DNA from: a virus
Lineage: Duplodnaviria; Caudoviricetes
Virus record (IMG/VR): IMGVR_UViG_3300010052_000201
Location: 1 to 39,174 of that record
DNA: 39,174 bases
Direction: 5' to 3' (one strand)
The notes under the pieces were generated by a model. It was given only the letters and a program-made list of their open reading frames with translations. It ran no database searches and was not told where the DNA came from. Shown piece by piece: positions 27,745 through 35,935 of this stretch. A program made the translations under genes and the position numbers. Numbering within the stretch: position 1 is the first letter of the stretch; each line of letters begins with the position of its first letter.

Positions 27745-29232
27745 TTAGCCCTCGAATACTTCGGATCGGAGTTCGCCGTCGTCGGCTTGCGCGGTCAACA
27801 TGACAACGCCAGTTCCCTTCAAATGCTCATTGATCAGACGACGATTCGCCGGCTGCAAAGATTCCCACGCTTCCTGAACCACCGTGATCAGCCCGCCCTT
27901 GCCAACGGCTTCAATCGCAATGTCGAGAGCGATCTTCCAGCGTTCGCCGTGGCTCAGATCCGCGAAGTACGTCAAGCCGCGTTTGGTCGTGAGCACAAGT
28001 CGCCCGGCTTCGACGCGTAGCAACTTGCTCGACTTGGCAACCACGCTCGACAAAACGTCGTCAGTCCCGCGCGCCGCATTGCGTAACCGCTCGGCGCTCT
28101 TGCGATGCTCGGCGGCTGCTTTCGCCGAAATGTCCGCTTTGGCCAGGGCCTCTTTTGCAGCCCGAACCTTGCTCCCTTGTTCCGCGGCTGCGTGCGCTTC
28201 GGCCAGGGCTTCGGCAGCGGTCAAGACTTCGTCAGTCGTCGGCGCTGGCGGGATCGACGCGGCCAGGGTCTTTTGCCACTCGGCAAGACTGCGCTCGTGG
28301 GCTTCGGCTTGCTTGCGGGCCCGGATCGCGGCGGCTTCGTTGGCCGTCTTGGCTTCGTAGTCTGCGCGGGCTTCGGCCAACTTGCGCTCGCACTCCAAAA
28401 CGTGCTCCCGCGCGGCGGTCGTAAACTCGCGGGCCGCTTGCTCGTGAGCCTGCGCTTCGGCAAGGCTCGGGCCGTCGTATTCGAGACGCTGCTTGTCAAT
28501 CTTGGCTTGCGCTTCGCTCGCGGCGGCTTTGGCTCGGGCGTGTGCCGCTTGGGCAGATTTCAATTCGCTATCACGACGTACAGCGGCTTCGACCGCTCGC
28601 TGTAACACCGTGGCGTCGCTCTCGGCTGTCAGGTCAACACCTTCGATCGATTCGCGGCCGGCGCGGGCGTGGCCGTCGGCGTGGTTCGCTTGGTCTTCGG
28701 CGTCGCGGGCTTTGGCTTCGAGGTCCCGCTTAATCCGTGCGGCCATGGTGAGCAGGTCGGTAGCTTCGGCGGCACTGGCCGACACGAGACGATCAAATTC
28801 ATCGCGGCCCCCGCAAAGATCGTAAAACAGTTCGGGCGTTGCTTCGGTTTCCACGAGCGAGACAAGGGCCTTGATTCGCTTGGCATCGGCCGCGCCCGGG
28901 TCTTTAATGCCAGGATCGACCAGTTCAGCCACAGACAAACGGCCGTCGAGCGTGACGATCTCGGCTTGCAGTTCGCCCGTACGGCGCGGGTTGCGCGAGA
29001 CGTTCAGTGTGTAACCAAGTCCCTTGACCTTGCCATTTAGCTGGCCGTCGCGGACTTGGACGCTGCCTTTGTTGGTCAACAGCCGCTCGGTTGCTTCGAG
29101 GCCGGTTGATTTGCCGCTCCCGTTGGGGCCTCGCAGAACAGCGACGCCTCCCTCGTCGGGCAGGTTGATTGTCAGGCGCGGGATTGCTCCGACGTTTTCG
29201 ATTTCGATTTGCTTTGCGGTTGCGGTTGCCAT
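27745..29232 (-). CDS. SMC/SbcC-like ABC-type ATPase with coiled coil
   Basis: 'IEIENVGAI', Walker A GPNGSGKST, signature LSHGER, Walker B-like 'ITVVQEAW'. Confidence 0.8.
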   Translation of the reverse strand: MATATAKQIEIENVGAIPRLTINLPDEGGVAVLRGPNGSGKSTGLEATERLLTNKGSVQVRDGQLNGKVKGLGYTLNVSRNPRRTGELQAEIVTLDGRLSVAELVDPGIKDPGAADAKRIKALVSLVETEATPELFYDLCGGRDEFDRLVSASAAEATDLLTMAARIKRDLEAKARDAEDQANHADGHARAGRESIEGVDLTAESDATVLQRAVEAAVRRDSELKSAQAAHARAKAAASEAQAKIDKQRLEYDGPSLAEAQAHEQAAREFTTAAREHVLECERKLAEARADYEAKTANEAAAIRARKQAEAHERSLAEWQKTLAASIPPAPTTDEVLTAAEALAEAHAAAEQGSKVRAAKEALAKADISAKAAAEHRKSAERLRNAARGTDDVLSSVVAKSSKLLRVEAGRLVLTTKRGLTYFADLSHGERWKIALDIAIEAVGKGGLITVVQEAWESLQPANRRLINEHLKGTGVVMLTAQADDGELRSEVFEG

Positions 29233-29252
29233 TGGTTCCCCTTTGTGTGATG

Positions 29253-29279
29253 AAAGAAAAGTGCCGGTCTGTTCCCGGC
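29253..29279 (-). terminator. Terminator-like hairpin
   Basis: GCCGG-N7-CCGGC ACTTTTCTTT on minus. Confidence 0.4.
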
Positions 29280-29552
29280 TGTCACAGAGTTTTTTAGGCA
29301 GTGGCTGCTGAGGCTGCCGCACGTGTGAATCCGCGTCATGCTTTGCTGGACTTTGACCCAAGTTTCTAGGGGCCGATCAATTGGCTTTCGCCGCGAAGCT
29401 CGGCACGCTTCTTGCTCGTGATTCAAAAACTTGCGGGCATGGTCCGAGAGTATTTCATCCTCCTAAGAACCGAGTTTCCTCAGTCGGGTGGCCAACGTAT
29501 ACCATGCTCTTAGTGCCTGTTCGTCCGGCTTTCGCCGCCGCAAGCTGCGTAG

Positions 29553-30608
29553 TTACTTCGCTTTCTTAATCCTCGCCCGCGCGTGCGTGGCCATTGTCGT
29601 CAACTGCGTGCGCTCTTCGTCGGTCTCGGCCAGCGCGGTCTGCTTGTCGAACCAAGCCGAAACTTGCTCGACCGTCTCGCAGTCGAGAAACCCTTGCCCA
29701 GCGGCTTCGAGAAACTCGGGGCGGTAGTCGAGTTGCTGATCGCCGTCGTCGGCGAGCTCGCCTTGGTGGGATTCGTCTTCGATCAGCGATTTTTGTTCGG
29801 CGGGCTTTTCCGCTTGCTTTGCGGGCAATGCCGTTTGCTTTACAAAGTCCGATAGCTGATCAACCGTGCGGATCTGCTGCGGCGATTCGATATACGACTG
29901 CGGCGGCGGTTCGTGGTGCATTCGGTCAAGGTCGTCATCGGTCATAATGCCGAGCATCAACTCGGGACGGTGGCGGCGAGCCCACTTTGTAGCCCCGGTG
30001 TAAAACAGCTTTTGCTGCGGGTCCGTTATCCACATCTTGTTATCCGTCTTGGCTTGGCCAACGGTGATCCGAATGACTTTTACGCCAAGCATGGTCAAGT
30101 TTGTTTGCGCTTCCGAATCGGATTCGTCTTTCGCGTATCGATTCAAGAGCGGATAGGCTTCGCGAGGGATTTCCCTTTGCGATCCGTAGATTACGGCCGC
30201 GAGGTTGTCGCCTTTGCCGCCGTTGTAGATGACCCCCAGCGGCTCAGCGTTGCCGGCTCGAGCGTTAATCACGGCGGCGATCAGCTTGCCCTGGAATCCC
30301 AGTTTGTTCGCGACGACGTAGGTTTCTGGCGCGACAGCGAAGGGATCGAAGCCCCAGCGAAAAGCTTGGTTGACGATCAAGAGACAGTTGCCCGCGATTT
30401 GCTCGAACTCGAAGTAAGCTTTAGTCTTCATGTTCATGCAGAGGTGATCAGGGATCAGCGTTGCGCGGGCCATCGATTGCGCGATGCGCCACATCTGCTC
30501 ATACCTGGCCGTGTCCATAAGCTGGCTGCACTCGTCGCGAACGATCAGCCGTTCCTTTGGCGCCGGTTTCTTCTCTTGCTGCACTGGTGCTAGTTCTGCG
30601 GTTGACAT
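29553..30608 (-). CDS. RecT-like ssDNA annealing protein
   Basis: 'IPDHL...NCLLIVNQAFRWGFDPFAVAPETYVV..KLGFQGKLIAAVIN...DPQQKLFY...WARRHRPELMLG'; adjacent to YqaJ. Confidence 0.8.
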   Translation of the reverse strand: MSTAELAPVQQEKKPAPKERLIVRDECSQLMDTARYEQMWRIAQSMARATLIPDHLCMNMKTKAYFEFEQIAGNCLLIVNQAFRWGFDPFAVAPETYVVANKLGFQGKLIAAVINARAGNAEPLGVIYNGGKGDNLAAVIYGSQREIPREAYPLLNRYAKDESDSEAQTNLTMLGVKVIRITVGQAKTDNKMWITDPQQKLFYTGATKWARRHRPELMLGIMTDDDLDRMHHEPPPQSYIESPQQIRTVDQLSDFVKQTALPAKQAEKPAEQKSLIEDESHQGELADDGDQQLDYRPEFLEAAGQGFLDCETVEQVSAWFDKQTALAETDEERTQLTTMATHARARIKKAK

Positions 30609-30656
30609 ACTCAATCCCCTTGTGATGACGGACAAAAAAATAGTGAACGGTTTGAT

Positions 30657-31592
30657 TTACTTCATTCGCAGCAGCACGCGCGACACTCGCTCGTGAGCTT
30701 CAACGGCCTTGATCTGCGAGACTTGTTCTTTCCAGCGATAGCGACCGCCGCCAGGCAGTTCCCCAAACGTTGCTTCGCCGATCGCGGCCTTGATCTTGTT
30801 TTCCAAGAGTGTCTTCTTGGCTTCGGCTTCCTTGATCGTGAGCTTCACGGCGGCTAGTTCTCTGTCCCACTCGGTAGCCTCTAGGGGCAACTGAACCGCA
30901 ATACCGTTGTCGCGTGGGTAGAGCGTTTTGAGTGCTCTGGCCGTCGCTTCGCTGCCGTCTATCGGCGGCATTTCACCGCTCTTGACGTAGCCCCAAAACG
31001 ATTCGAGCGTTGGGAGCAATGTCTCGTTGATGAAACGCTCGTTTCGTTCGACGAGGATCGAGATCGGAGTATTGCCGCCCACGAGACCGAAGAGGTATGC
31101 GTGACTTGCCCCAGTGACCGCGAGTTGATGCTGTACTTGGATCTGGTACTTGAGCGGGCCGGTCCCCTCTTCCCATTCCTTGCGGTTGAAGTAATCGACG
31201 TTTTTCATTTCGACTGGGACCGGGCCGTAATCGTTATGCACTGCGAGGCCGTCGAGCGTGGCCCCCATAAACGGCAGATCGGGATGACGATAGATGCTGA
31301 ACTCGCCCGGGCTTTGGCATTCGATGCCGTGCTGATCGGCGAAGATCGCGCGGAGCGCCGGCTCGATCAGCTTGCCGATTCGCATGCGTTGGGTTTCTTG
31401 GAAGTCTTCCTCGCCGTGAACCTTGTTTGCCCACACGGTCAAAGGCGATTGGCTTGCGTAACCCAGACCGAAGATTGCCGCGCTCTCGCTGGCGCCGATG
31501 GAACGGCGGCGGGCTTCAAGCCACTCTTCGCGGTTCTTGCAGACAACGGGCGGGTAAGGCAGATAGCTGGCGATTGGTGCGGCGGTGACCAT
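30657..31592 (-). CDS. YqaJ-family exonuclease
   Basis: 'EWLEARRRSIGASE', 'ATLDG', 'VEMKN', 'YQIQVQHQLAVTG'. Confidence 0.9.
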   Translation of the reverse strand: MVTAAPIASYLPYPPVVCKNREEWLEARRRSIGASESAAIFGLGYASQSPLTVWANKVHGEEDFQETQRMRIGKLIEPALRAIFADQHGIECQSPGEFSIYRHPDLPFMGATLDGLAVHNDYGPVPVEMKNVDYFNRKEWEEGTGPLKYQIQVQHQLAVTGASHAYLFGLVGGNTPISILVERNERFINETLLPTLESFWGYVKSGEMPPIDGSEATARALKTLYPRDNGIAVQLPLEATEWDRELAAVKLTIKEAEAKKTLLENKIKAAIGEATFGELPGGGRYRWKEQVSQIKAVEAHERVSRVLLRMK

Positions 31593-31608
31593 GTGAACCC
31601 CAAGAGGA

Positions 31609-31646
31609 AAAAGGAAAAAAGTGCCGTGAATCCACCCCGTCACGGC
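31609..31646 (-). terminator. Terminator-like hairpin
   Basis: GCCGTGA-N10-TCACGGC ACTTTTTTCCTTTTT on minus. Confidence 0.55.
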
Positions 31647-31682
31647 GTCGGGTGACCTGCCAGCGCGACCAGACGGATATTG

Positions 31683-32333
31683 TCAATCGCTGGCTGTGGC
31701 TTCTTGCTGGGCTTGCTGTTGCCAAAAGTCTTCCATGCGAAGACCGATCTTTTCTGCGAGACCGGGGCCGATGCCCTTAATGTCGCTCAGCTTCTTGCCG
31801 CTCTCGTTGAACTCGAGCAAGTCCTCGACCGTCAAAAGCCCTGCGTCGGCGAGCTTCTGCGCGACCGTTGGCGTCATAAGGTTTTCGAGCAAGACGCGCT
31901 TCGCATCGTCGCTCACTCCATCGACCGGCAAGACGGGCTCTTTGCTTGCGTTGTCTTCGGCGAATTGCAGAATCGGGCGGTTGGCATCGTTGGCCGCGGC
32001 TACGATGCACTGGCGCAGACGATAGACAGCGTCGTCGTAATCGCCCTTGGCTGCCTTGGCCGCGCTCTTGGCGTCGAGGTAGCGGGCTTCGGCTTTGACG
32101 CAGTAGCCTTCCAACTCTTCGATCTGCTTGAGCAGTTGATCTGGCGTTAGCGGTTTGATCGGCGGCGATGGTTGCCACTGCTGCGGCTTGTCGGCGCCGT
32201 CGGCCGGGTCACTGTCAAGATCAGGGCCGTCATCAAGCTCCGTGCCTTCACCTTCGAGGTCTTCGTCGGCACTAATAACGCAATCATCTTGCTCTTCGTC
32301 TTGTTCAATTACGGCTGCGGCTTTACGTGGCAT
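31683..32333 (-). CDS. Acidic hypothetical protein with C-terminal helix-hairpin-helix
   Basis: 'KLADAGLLTVEDL...LSDIKGIGPGLAEKI'. Confidence 0.65.
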   Translation of the reverse strand: MPRKAAAVIEQDEEQDDCVISADEDLEGEGTELDDGPDLDSDPADGADKPQQWQPSPPIKPLTPDQLLKQIEELEGYCVKAEARYLDAKSAAKAAKGDYDDAVYRLRQCIVAAANDANRPILQFAEDNASKEPVLPVDGVSDDAKRVLLENLMTPTVAQKLADAGLLTVEDLLEFNESGKKLSDIKGIGPGLAEKIGLRMEDFWQQQAQQEATASD

Positions 32334-32378
32334 CGCACAAACTCCCCTGAGAAATGGCTTCGAGATAGAAAAGAAACG

Positions 32379-32723
32379 CTAAACGCAAACAGCTTCGCGA
32401 TCCGCAACCCACTCAAGAACCTTGGCCGCGCTCAGCGACCAACGCTCACGAGGGGCACCGGCCAGGAACTCACGAGCGAATCGCACGTAGTTGGCCAGCG
32501 CAAAATCATCGCCAGCGGCATCGGCGAGAATTGCCAGGGCTAGCTGCGCCGTGCCAGGGCTGTTGCGGCCCCAGTCGATGACCGGCGAGAGATTCAGGAG
32601 GTCTTGCCGGGTTGGCAAGTCTCGGTACGCACGGCCGTTGAAGATTTGGCCGTAGTGAACGCCGGCACGGAGCGGGCTGCGGCAGGCGTAGTATTCGGTT
32701 TGGCTTTGGCTTCCGTGTTGCAT
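32379..32723 (-). CDS. DUF6166-like protein
   Basis: 'SPVIDWGRNSPGTAQLALAILAD'. Confidence 0.6.
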   Translation of the reverse strand: MQHGSQSQTEYYACRSPLRAGVHYGQIFNGRAYRDLPTRQDLLNLSPVIDWGRNSPGTAQLALAILADAAGDDFALANYVRFAREFLAGAPRERWSLSAAKVLEWVADREAVCV

Positions 32724-32908
32724 GGCGTGATTTCCTTATCAAGAACTTCCGTGCGGTAAATTCGGTATGACTTCGGGGCTTCAAAGGCAAGTTTGACCTT
32801 CGGCCCCTTGTGGCTCTTGCGAACTTCTGAAATTGAGACCTCGATCTTGTCGCCGTTGGGGGCGGTAATCACGATGGTTTCGGGCAAATAGCGTGAAAGT
32901 ATCAACAT
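32594..32908 (-). CDS. csrA: CsrA/RsmA-family RNA-binding protein
   Basis: 'MLILSRYLPETIVI...IEVSISEV...VKLAFEAPKSYRIYRTEV'. Confidence 0.8.
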   Translation of the reverse strand: MLILSRYLPETIVITAPNGDKIEVSISEVRKSHKGPKVKLAFEAPKSYRIYRTEVLDKEITPCNTEAKAKPNTTPAAARSVPAFTTAKSSTAVRTETCQPGKTS

Positions 32909-33032
32909 GGTTTTCCTTCCGTGGTTAGGGATCAGCGGGGTACTTGGCGAAGTGCCGTTCCCCCGGTTGCGATCCTCGCTGCCCGCGTCGTGCGGGCCCA
33001 TCCGTTTTCGCTCTCCAACTCCTGACAAAAAA

Positions 33033-33245
33033 CTAAAGCGTTCGCGATCCAGTTACGACGACTTCTTTTTCCTTGCTAAAATTCACAAGGAAGCCGATCC
33101 AGAGCAAAGCAACGATCGTCCAAACTACGCCACACACCCAGCCGGCCGGATCGAAGCGATCAAGCAACAGCCAGACAATGATCGTTAGGTGAATTGGTGG
33201 GTATGAAGGTATGCTCTCTCGTGCGATCACGTACTTTGTTGACAT
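33033..33245 (-). CDS. Small two-TM membrane protein
   Basis: Hydrophobic 'LTIIVWLLL' and 'WVCGVVWTIVALLWIGFLV'. Confidence 0.55.
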   Translation of the reverse strand: MSTKYVIARESIPSYPPIHLTIIVWLLLDRFDPAGWVCGVVWTIVALLWIGFLVNFSKEKEVVVTGSRTL

Positions 33246-33259
33246 TCAATTGGCCCTTG

Positions 33260-33320
33260 AAAAAGAAAAAATCATCCGGCCTCGCGGGACGGGGGCGGGG
33301 TCATCACACGCGAGACCGGA
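33260..33320 (-). terminator. Terminator-like hairpin
   Basis: TCCGGTCTCGCG...CGCGAGGCCGGA then TGATTTTTTCTTTTT on minus. Confidence 0.55.
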
Positions 33321-33329
33321 CAATGCCGT

Positions 33330-33800
33330 TCACCCGGCTTGCTTCACTGGCTCTTGCTTACCCCTTTTTCTTGGTGCGCACTCTGAATGGGCAGGCTCGG
33401 TAATCGCTCGCTCTGCCGGCCACCCAAGACGCTTGACTCGATGAAACACGGCATAGCCAGGCACAACGCAACGCGGGTCTTTTCCCCACTCGCCAGCGCA
33501 CTTTGTTTCATTGAAAGCCGTGACAAGAAAGCTGTTTCGCTTGTTACCGTTTTGCTGCTCACGTGTTGCCCAGCGGCAGTTTTCCGGCTCGTAATTGCCA
33601 TTCGTGTCGATTCGATCAATGCTCGTCCCGGCAGGCCGTTCGCCCATGTCGTCAACAAAGTTTTCAAACGACTCAAGCCAGCGCTGGCAAACACGAATGC
33701 CGCGAGCGCCATAGGCTTGGTATCTCGGATCGTTGGCGTCATAGCATCGCTGTTTCATGCTGCGCCAAACGACATAAAGAGGGTGCTTCGTCCAGATCAT
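33330..33800 (-). CDS. Free-standing HNH (homing-type) endonuclease
   Basis: 'W.SMKQRC...YGARGIRVCQRW..F..F..DMGERP...SIDRIDTNGNYEPENCRWAT'. Confidence 0.85.
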   Translation of the reverse strand: MIWTKHPLYVVWRSMKQRCYDANDPRYQAYGARGIRVCQRWLESFENFVDDMGERPAGTSIDRIDTNGNYEPENCRWATREQQNGNKRNSFLVTAFNETKCAGEWGKDPRCVVPGYAVFHRVKRLGWPAERAITEPAHSECAPRKRGKQEPVKQAG

Positions 33801-34024
33801 GCCATTGCCCTTTCTTTGACTGGCTGCTTGCGAATCCAATCGTTTACCTCATCCCCCATGAACCGAAGTCGATTGCTGCCGGGAATCAGCCGCGGGGCGA
33901 CTCCATCGGCTCGCATGGCGTCTTGGGCGTCTTCGCCGATCCCGAGATTTCGCAGATCATCAATCGTGTAACTGCGACGATCATCGATCACGCCGTAGCG
34001 TCGTTTTGTGCGTGGCTTGCCCAT
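33797..34024 (-). CDS. Excisionase-like winged-HTH protein
   Basis: Small basic protein; 'YTIDDL...RLRFMGDEVNDWI'. Confidence 0.5.
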   Translation of the reverse strand: MGKPRTKRRYGVIDDRRSYTIDDLRNLGIGEDAQDAMRADGVAPRLIPGSNRLRFMGDEVNDWIRKQPVKERAMA

Positions 34025-34106
34025 GTTATGCTTGGTAAGTCTTGGCTCGCGCCGCCGTTTGCTTGGTGGCGATGACGACGCGAGCCGCAACTAAAAAGGG
34101 TGGTGT

Positions 34107-34307
34107 ATGGGTGCAATCAATCCGAAGGGGTGGTTTACGTTCAACGAGCGACAGGGGATGCGGATTACGACCAACTTGGACAAGGTCGTTTGTGTTAAGT
34201 CCGACTCCAAGGGGCTGCCGTCAATCACGTTAGTTGGTGGAACCACTTACAACGTCGATGACGGCTCGCTTACCGAAGTAATCACAATGCTTAGGGCGAC
34301 GGCTTAG
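34107..34307 (+). CDS. Small antisense protein, FlbD/SwrD-like pattern
   Basis: 'ITTNLDKVVCV...SITLVGGTTYNVDD.SLTEVITML'; purine-rich leader. Confidence 0.4.
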   Translation: MGAINPKGWFTFNERQGMRITTNLDKVVCVKSDSKGLPSITLVGGTTYNVDDGSLTEVITMLRATA

Positions 34308-34581
34308 CTTCATCGCAGACAACTTGCCCGTCCGCGTTGACGTATGGCGGACCGCGAAAAACTGAGGCCAGCGATTCCTCGTGCGACTCCACAAAGCGCA
34401 CGAAGCGAATCGCTTTTTTTATTTGCTTTTCCGCCGACTCATCGAATATGTCGCGCGGATCGAGGATGCTGAGATAAGTTGCCGTAGACTTGAAGCACAG
34501 CGGCATCAAACTCTTGAACAAATCGCCCTGCATCGCGGCGTAATTCGCACGCGCCTCGTCGATCTCTTGTTGCGTTGGCAT
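34291..34581 (-). CDS. Hypothetical protein (cII position)
   Basis: TGATG coupling to Cro-position gene. Confidence 0.55.
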   Translation of the reverse strand: MPTQQEIDEARANYAAMQGDLFKSLMPLCFKSTATYLSILDPRDIFDESAEKQIKKAIRFVRFVESHEESLASVFRGPPYVNADGQVVCDEAKPSP

Positions 34582-34880
34582 CAGCCCACCTCGCGAAAAG
34601 GATTTTGGGAACGAATTTGGCTTGCTTGACCGGACGGCAGGATAAGGCCGCGCTTGATGCAATCAGCCTCAAAACGAGCCTTGGATTGCAGGTCCGGCAT
34701 GCGGTAACGACGCTGATAAAACCGATTGCTGCACTTGTCGCAGAGGCCGCGTCTCTTGGCTGGATTTGGGCACAAGAGACACTTGCCTTGTTTGACAAGA
34801 GCCTCAATTGCTTTGGCCCGCTTTCGAGAAACATTGGCCATCTCAAACATCCCGATAAATCTTGAAATTTGGTCAATCAC
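34581..34880 (-). CDS. Zinc-finger protein at Cro position (start uncertain: 34880 GTG, 34850 or 34841)
   Basis: CLLC-x5-RRGLCDKC...LILPS...NPF; first gene of leftward lytic arm. Confidence 0.75.
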   Translation of the reverse strand: MIDQISRFIGMFEMANVSRKRAKAIEALVKQGKCLLCPNPAKRRGLCDKCSNRFYQRRYRMPDLQSKARFEADCIKRGLILPSGQASQIRSQNPFREVG

Positions 34881-34914
34881 TGGATGCTCCAAGTAAGGGC
34901 TGCATCCATGCCGT

Positions 34915-34970
34915 AACAGTTCTGTTGCATATTAGTGACTGTATCGGACTTGTCAACAGTTTTGTTGCAT
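34915..34970. promoter_or_regulatory. Twin palindromic operator candidates bracketing leftward sigma70-type promoter
   Basis: AACAGTTCTGTTGCAT (34915-34930) and AACAGTTTTGTTGCAT (34955-34970); minus-strand TTGACA (34956-34951)-N16-TAATAT (34934-34929). Confidence 0.7.
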
Positions 34971-35061
34971 TGTTTCGCAGTGTGTCAGCACCGTGTCAAC
35001 GCAAGTATCAGCCGCGTATCAGGTTAGTGCGGGAAATTATTTTTCTCGCTATGCTTTTGTG

Positions 35062-35415
35062 ATGAGCAAAAAAACAACAATTGCCGAGCCGCAAACGGGA
35101 ATGCTTGGCTCGTGCTTGATATGTGGCACTCGTGGCACTGCTACAGCGCCACTACGGAGAGGCATTTGCCCGGCGCATTACATGCAGTTTCAGCGAACAA
35201 TCGCGGGGCTTCCTGCGGACAAAAGGCAGGAATACGAAGACGAGTTGATTGAGAAGAAACTTATCTTGCCGTCTCGCGTTGGTAGGCCAGCAGAGGACAA
35301 CCCATTTGCCGAGATTGCGGAGAAGTATCTGCCTGATAGAGTTAGGAAAGACATTGAGGCCGGCAAACGCGCTGCCTCAAAGATGATCGAGGAACAAAAG
35401 AAAAAAGGGGGCTGA
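35062..35415 (+). CDS. Zinc-finger protein at CI position, paralog of 34581-34880
   Basis: CLIC-x10-RRGICPAH...LILPS...NPF; first gene of rightward lysogeny arm; TATGCT 6 nt before ATG. Confidence 0.75.
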   Translation: MSKKTTIAEPQTGMLGSCLICGTRGTATAPLRRGICPAHYMQFQRTIAGLPADKRQEYEDELIEKKLILPSRVGRPAEDNPFAEIAEKYLPDRVRKDIEAGKRAASKMIEEQKKKGG

Positions 35416-35416
35416 G

Positions 35417-35926
35417 ATGCAAGAGACTCCAGAGATCCGCGTTCCACCGAAAGCACCGCCGCCGCGATTGACAAAGATTGAATTGCCGGACGGAGTAGAC
35501 GCAAATCCGTACCCCAGTGCGACATCGAAAACTACCGCTAAGCAGCGTGAGATTGCGCCGCTAGACTTCGCCCTAAGACTGGTTGCGTTTTTTGCTATCG
35601 GCCTAATGCTTGGGAGTGCGTTTTTCAGTGTTTCCGGCATAGGGCTAGCCGTTGGCGTGTTGACTCTTACCACTTGGCCGAAACACCGACTAGAGATTAT
35701 AGGTTGCGGCGTTTCGATCTTTATCGCGCTCCTTGCCTTGGCTTATCCGTACTTGAACGAAATGCAGCAAAGGGCGCACAGGGAAAGAGTTAGTGAGCTA
35801 CTGAAAAAAGGCGGCATAGAGAAAACCTTGGCAGAGCAAGAGGCCGAACGGGAAGCCCGTAGAGCAGACGCCGACAGGGAAACGCAAAAATTGCTAGACA
35901 ACGCTAACAGAGCGTGGAACAACTGA
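35417..35926 (+). CDS. Membrane protein
   Basis: About three hydrophobic segments plus C-terminal coiled coil. Confidence 0.7.
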   Translation: MQETPEIRVPPKAPPPRLTKIELPDGVDANPYPSATSKTTAKQREIAPLDFALRLVAFFAIGLMLGSAFFSVSGIGLAVGVLTLTTWPKHRLEIIGCGVSIFIALLALAYPYLNEMQQRAHRERVSELLKKGGIEKTLAEQEAEREARRADADRETQKLLDNANRAWNN

Positions 35927-35935
35927 GGGCAAACA

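Noticed and set aside
29440-29490. Hammerhead-like core CUGAGGA...GAAA...UC on minus strand
   Set aside because: Stems II and III cannot form convincingly
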